In this document: piece after piece, positions 34,974-38,674 of the stretch
How the letters are laid out: each line of letters opens with the position of its first letter
Numbering within the stretch: position 1 is the stretch's first letter
IMG/VR virus record: IMGVR_UViG_3300029822_000031
Span: 1-38,674 of that record
DNA from: a virus
Taxonomy: Duplodnaviria > Caudoviricetes
DNA: 38,674 nucleotides
Direction: 5' to 3' (one strand)
Program-made: the position numbers and the translations under genes
Notes under the pieces: generated by a model
What the model was told of the DNA's origin: nothing
The model's input: only the letters and a program-made list of their open reading frames with translations
Databases searched by the model: none

Positions 34974-36296
34974 ATGCAAAGCACAAAAGATTTTAAAAAT
35001 AAAATTAAACTAAAATGCGGAGATGACTTTGAATTAATAGGCGAATATATAAATTCTAAAACAGATGTAAGAATTAAACATTTAAGTTGCGGTGGAGAAT
35101 TCAATATCAAACCATATAATTTTTTAACTAGAAAACATTGTACTATATGCAATAAAGAAAAGACTATTAAAAATAAATCTAAGACACATGAAGAATTTGT
35201 AAAAGAAATAAAATTGATATTCGGTGACGAATACACAATATTAACTAATTACAAAAACGCAAATACTAAAATCAAAGTAAAACATAACAAATGTGGGAGA
35301 GAATATTATGTTAGGCCTTCGTCAATCTTAGAAGGTACTGGATGCAAAACTTGTTCAATAGAAAATGTTGGTTTAAAACAACGTAAAACTCACAATGAAT
35401 ATATTAAAGAAATATTTAAAATTTATGGTAATGAATACAGTATTTTAAGTCAATATACTACTGGCAATAACAAAGTCCAAGTAAGGCATAATACTTGTGG
35501 ACATGAATATACTCAAAGAGCCCAAGCAATGCTTACTGGTAAGGGGTGCCCATATTGTTCCCCTAAAAAAGTTGGCCAAAAACATAGAATGACATTAAAT
35601 AAATATAAGCAAAGGGTAAAAGAAGTCACTAAAGGAGAATACACCGTTATAGGAGAATATGTAAATGCCAATACTCCCATATTAATGCATCATAATATAT
35701 GTAACTATGAGTGGGAAACAACGCCAGGACATTTTTTAGATGGGACAAGATGCCCTAAATGTCAAAAGGTTGCTACACCCACGATAGATGAAATTAAAGA
35801 AAAAATATACAGTTTAGTTGGAAATGAATATGAATTATTAGGTGAAGTAGAAAGAGTAAACGAAAAAATAACCTTACATCATAATAAATGTAATAACAAT
35901 TACAAAGTGAGATTAAGTGATTTTTATAGAGGTAATAGATGCCCTTATTGTTCAAGTAGCAGGGGAGAAAAGGAAATTGTTGAATATTTAAAATCAAAAA
36001 ATATAAATTTCAAAAGAGAATATAGATTTAAAGATTGTAAATACAAATATACGTTACCTTTTGATTTCGCTATTATCAAAAATGAAAGTATAAAGGTTTT
36101 GATTGAATATGATGGGATACAACATTTTAAAAAAACATTCCCAGGCGAAAGTTTTGAACGAACTAAAAAGACAGATAAAATCAAGACAAATTATTGCAAA
36201 AAAAATAATATACCTTTACTAAGAATTCCATATACTGAATTTGATAATGTAGAGGTAATATTAGAAAATAAATTACAGCAGTTAAAAATTTTATAG
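34974..36296 (+). CDS. Five zinc-ribbon repeats + C-terminal PD-(D/E)XK/Vsr-like endonuclease
   Basis: 5x (EY..Y....KH..CG...CxxC); LPFDFAI...LIEYDGIQH. Confidence 0.8.
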   Translation: MQSTKDFKNKIKLKCGDDFELIGEYINSKTDVRIKHLSCGGEFNIKPYNFLTRKHCTICNKEKTIKNKSKTHEEFVKEIKLIFGDEYTILTNYKNANTKIKVKHNKCGREYYVRPSSILEGTGCKTCSIENVGLKQRKTHNEYIKEIFKIYGNEYSILSQYTTGNNKVQVRHNTCGHEYTQRAQAMLTGKGCPYCSPKKVGQKHRMTLNKYKQRVKEVTKGEYTVIGEYVNANTPILMHHNICNYEWETTPGHFLDGTRCPKCQKVATPTIDEIKEKIYSLVGNEYELLGEVERVNEKITLHHNKCNNNYKVRLSDFYRGNRCPYCSSSRGEKEIVEYLKSKNINFKREYRFKDCKYKYTLPFDFAIIKNESIKVLIEYDGIQHFKKTFPGESFERTKKTDKIKTNYCKKNNIPLLRIPYTEFDNVEVILENKLQQLKIL

Positions 36297-36306
36297 GAGG
36301 GGTATT

Positions 36307-36501
36307 ATGTTAGGAAAAGAATTAGCAAGCCAGTACTCAAATTTAACCAACTCGGTAGAAAACTTAGATTATTGTGTGGAGGTTCTAGAGGACATGATAC
36401 ATGATGAAACATCTAACGAGGCAATAGAAGTAATAAAAGGGAGGCGTGAAAAATTAATTGACAAAATACATTACCTAGATAACTTAAAGGTTATTGAATA
36501 A
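36307..36501 (+). CDS. Hypothetical coiled-coil protein
   Basis: RBS AGGAGG. Confidence 0.6.
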   Translation: MLGKELASQYSNLTNSVENLDYCVEVLEDMIHDETSNEAIEVIKGRREKLIDKIHYLDNLKVIE

Positions 36502-36609
36502 AATAAAAGTAGAGGGGCTACAGTAAAGCAAGCACCCTCTACACCCCCATAAAGGAGACAATTATATATTGCCTTCTTTTTTTATTAAAGTCAATAGGAG
36601 GTAAATTCC

Positions 36610-36786
36610 ATGGAAGATTGGAAAACTGTTACGGACGATCACGAAGTTAGAATACGTACTCTTGAAAAGAATGACGTAATTACTGCTACAAAACTAGACA
36701 TAACAAATAAGATACTTGCTGCTATTGCGATAATGTTAGGTGGCTCAATAGTCACTTTTTTATTTTCATTTTTAACTAAAAAATAA
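36610..36786 (+). CDS. XhlA-like lysis accessory protein (58 aa)
   Basis: DDHEVRIRTLEK coil + C-terminal TM; RBS AGGAGG. Confidence 0.7.
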   Translation: MEDWKTVTDDHEVRIRTLEKNDVITATKLDITNKILAAIAIMLGGSIVTFLFSFLTKK

Positions 36787-36801
36787 AAGGAGAGATGTAT
36801 A

Positions 36802-37290
36802 ATGTTAAATTCACAATTAAATAACCTTGAACAAATAATTTTAGGAGGACTTATTAGTTTAGCATGTGTTTATGCGACAATTTACTTTAATAAAGCAATC
36901 CAATTAGCACAAGCAAAAGCAAAATTGATAAAAGATGATGGCACAAGAACTTTAGTAACTAATGCTTTAACTGATATTGATAAATTAATAAATACCAATA
37001 TAGTTTCTGCTGAAAACACATTGAAACCTACAATATTAAAATCTATTAAAGATGGCAAAGTAGATAAAACAGAATTAAATAATATATCTACTGTAGTAAA
37101 AGAAAATGTATTAAAGCAGTTAGGAACACAAGCAACAGATGTATTTAATAAAAATTTAGGTGATATTAATAGTTATGTAGCAAATAGGATTGAAAATAAT
37201 TTAGCTGATTTAAAACTCCAAGAGGGTAATTCAGTAAGCAAAACAGTTATTCCTACACCAACAGATACAAATGTAGTTGTACCACAATAA
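36802..37290 (+). CDS. Holin-like protein (single N-terminal TM)
   Basis: TM helix then soluble domain ending IENNLADLK; precedes the endolysin. Confidence 0.65.
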   Translation: MLNSQLNNLEQIILGGLISLACVYATIYFNKAIQLAQAKAKLIKDDGTRTLVTNALTDIDKLINTNIVSAENTLKPTILKSIKDGKVDKTELNNISTVVKENVLKQLGTQATDVFNKNLGDINSYVANRIENNLADLKLQEGNSVSKTVIPTPTDTNVVVPQ

Positions 37291-37302
37291 GGGGGTTTTA
37301 CA

Positions 37303-38061
37303 ATGTCAGTATGGAAATGGTGTTTGGAAGATGATAACAAAAACTTATTAAAAGGTTGGCAGAATGTAAAAGGCAAGTGGTACTATCTTAATTCAAATGG
37401 TACTATGGCCACAGGATGGATTAAAGTAGATAACAAGTGGTATTACTTAAATCCTAATGGTGATATGGCTATTGGATGGATTAAAGATAAAAATAAATGG
37501 TATTACCTCGGACCGAATGGAGCAATGTATTCTAATTGTACAAGCATAATAGATGGTAAACCTTATACCTTTGGAGCAGATGGAGCCTGGGTACAAAATT
37601 ATTTAGTATCTGATGAATTAGTAAACTTTGTAAAAGCCTTTGAAGGATTTAGAAGTACTCACTACAGAGATAGTGCAGGAATTGATACAATAGGGTATGG
37701 CAGTATAAGTGGCTGGATTATGTCTTATGCTACAGTAACAGAAGCACAAGCTACACAAGCATTAAAAGAAGAAATCAACGAAAAAGCTAAACAAGTAAAG
37801 GCAAACTTAGATAAACATGGTGTTACATTAAATCAAAATCAATTTGATGCCTTAGTATCTTTTGCTTATAACTGCGGTATAGGAGCATTGTTTGGTTCTA
37901 CATTATATGCCAGAGTATTAAATGGTGTAAGAGATAGTTCCCTAAAAGCTAACTTTACAACATGGAGTAAGGCAGGAGGAAGAACTATCCAAGGATTATT
38001 GAATAGAAGAATAGAAGAATATAATATGTTTGCTAATGCAGACTATACAAGGAACTTATAG
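37303..38061 (+). CDS. Endolysin: N-terminal cell-wall-binding repeats + GH24 lysozyme
   Basis: KWYYLNxNG repeats; FEG..YRDSAGIDTIGYG, NQFDALVSFAYNCG, GLLNRRIEE. Confidence 0.92.
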   Translation: MSVWKWCLEDDNKNLLKGWQNVKGKWYYLNSNGTMATGWIKVDNKWYYLNPNGDMAIGWIKDKNKWYYLGPNGAMYSNCTSIIDGKPYTFGADGAWVQNYLVSDELVNFVKAFEGFRSTHYRDSAGIDTIGYGSISGWIMSYATVTEAQATQALKEEINEKAKQVKANLDKHGVTLNQNQFDALVSFAYNCGIGALFGSTLYARVLNGVRDSSLKANFTTWSKAGGRTIQGLLNRRIEEYNMFANADYTRNL

Positions 38062-38091
38062 ACTAGGGATTAATTTCTCTAGTCTTTTTTT
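38060..38091 (+). terminator. Terminator after endolysin
   Basis: AGACTAGGGA/TCTCTAGTCT + T-run. Confidence 0.8.
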
Positions 38092-38149
38092 ATTTTTTGT
38101 TGTCAACTACATACATGTATCATATACTAGTATGAAGGGGGTGTATAAT

Positions 38150-38674
38150 ATGCCAGTTATCAGTATAGTAAACATTAAAGGTGGAGTGGGCAAGACAATA
38201 ACTGCTTTAAACCTTGCAGGAGAGATTGAAAAGTATGGTAGAGTACTTTTAATAGACAACGATAGCCAAAGCAGTTTAACACAAATTTTAAACGTAAAGA
38301 GTGATTATACTTTATATGACTTATACTCTAATAATAAGGTGAACTTTGAGGACTGTATAATTAACGTGAGGAATAACCTTTTTGTTATACCTAACACAAT
38401 AGAATCTGCTTCACTTGAATATCAATTAAGAAATAAAAATACAAGGGATATTATTCTAAAAGAAAAATGGGAAAAGTACGGAGAGAAATTTGATTTTGTT
38501 ATAATAGATAATTCTCCATTTCTAGGGTTATTTACACGCAATAGCCTTGCTATGAGCGATTATTATATTGAGGTGATAGATAACTCACCGAGCGCATTAC
38601 AAGGCCTTAAAATGGTCACAGACTTAATTAAGGACATAAAAGAAACGGAAGTAAATACTGATATAGAATTATTA
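38150..38674 (+). CDS. parA: ParA/Soj ATPase, N-terminal part (missed by the ORF track because it runs off the end)
   Basis: MPVISIVNIKGGVGKT...LLIDNDSQSSLT...DFVIIDNSP; RBS AAGGGGGT. Confidence 0.93.
   Translation, partial: MPVISIVNIKGGVGKTITALNLAGEIEKYGRVLLIDNDSQSSLTQILNVKSDYTLYDLYSNNKVNFEDCIINVRNNLFVIPNTIESASLEYQLRNKNTRDIILKEKWEKYGEKFDFVIIDNSPFLGLFTRNSLAMSDYYIEVIDNSPSALQGLKMVTDLIKDIKETEVNTDIELL

Noticed and set aside
37350-37530. Repeated TGGTATTA/TGGTACTA units as a CRISPR-like array
   Set aside because: They encode the KWYYL cell-wall-binding repeats of the endolysin.

Overview
The window appears to be a complete, circularly permuted ~38.7-kb temperate phage-plasmid of a low-GC Clostridium-like host. 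The first and last 8 nt (AATTATTA) are identical, and collapsing them restores an intact ParA gene across the junction. Order: ParA + RHH partition locus; a ~750-nt non-coding, highly structured region with sense and antisense promoters (candidate Rep-less, RNA-controlled plasmid replicon); an immunity switch (short CI with no peptidase domain, Cro, and a LexA-boxed candidate antirepressor with a second paralogue); early and replication genes (HD protein, ERF, wHTH initiator, DnaB split by a group I intron carrying a LAGLIDADG gene, SSB, dUTPase, RecU); a late activator; a P22-like podoviral morphogenesis module (TerS, TerL, portal, scaffold, coat, adaptor, nozzle, fibre, ejection proteins, no tape measure); and lysis genes. 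There is no integrase, but a serine resolvase with a res-like site lies between terS and terL. Most notable: the antisense-regulated pseudoknotted RNA next to parAB, two HNH cassettes sharing a covarying leader RNA, an acidic ADP-ribosyltransferase-like + RHH moron (Acr/Aca-like layout), and repressor-mimic antirepressor candidates. All calls are from motif recognition by eye; no searches or folding programs were run.
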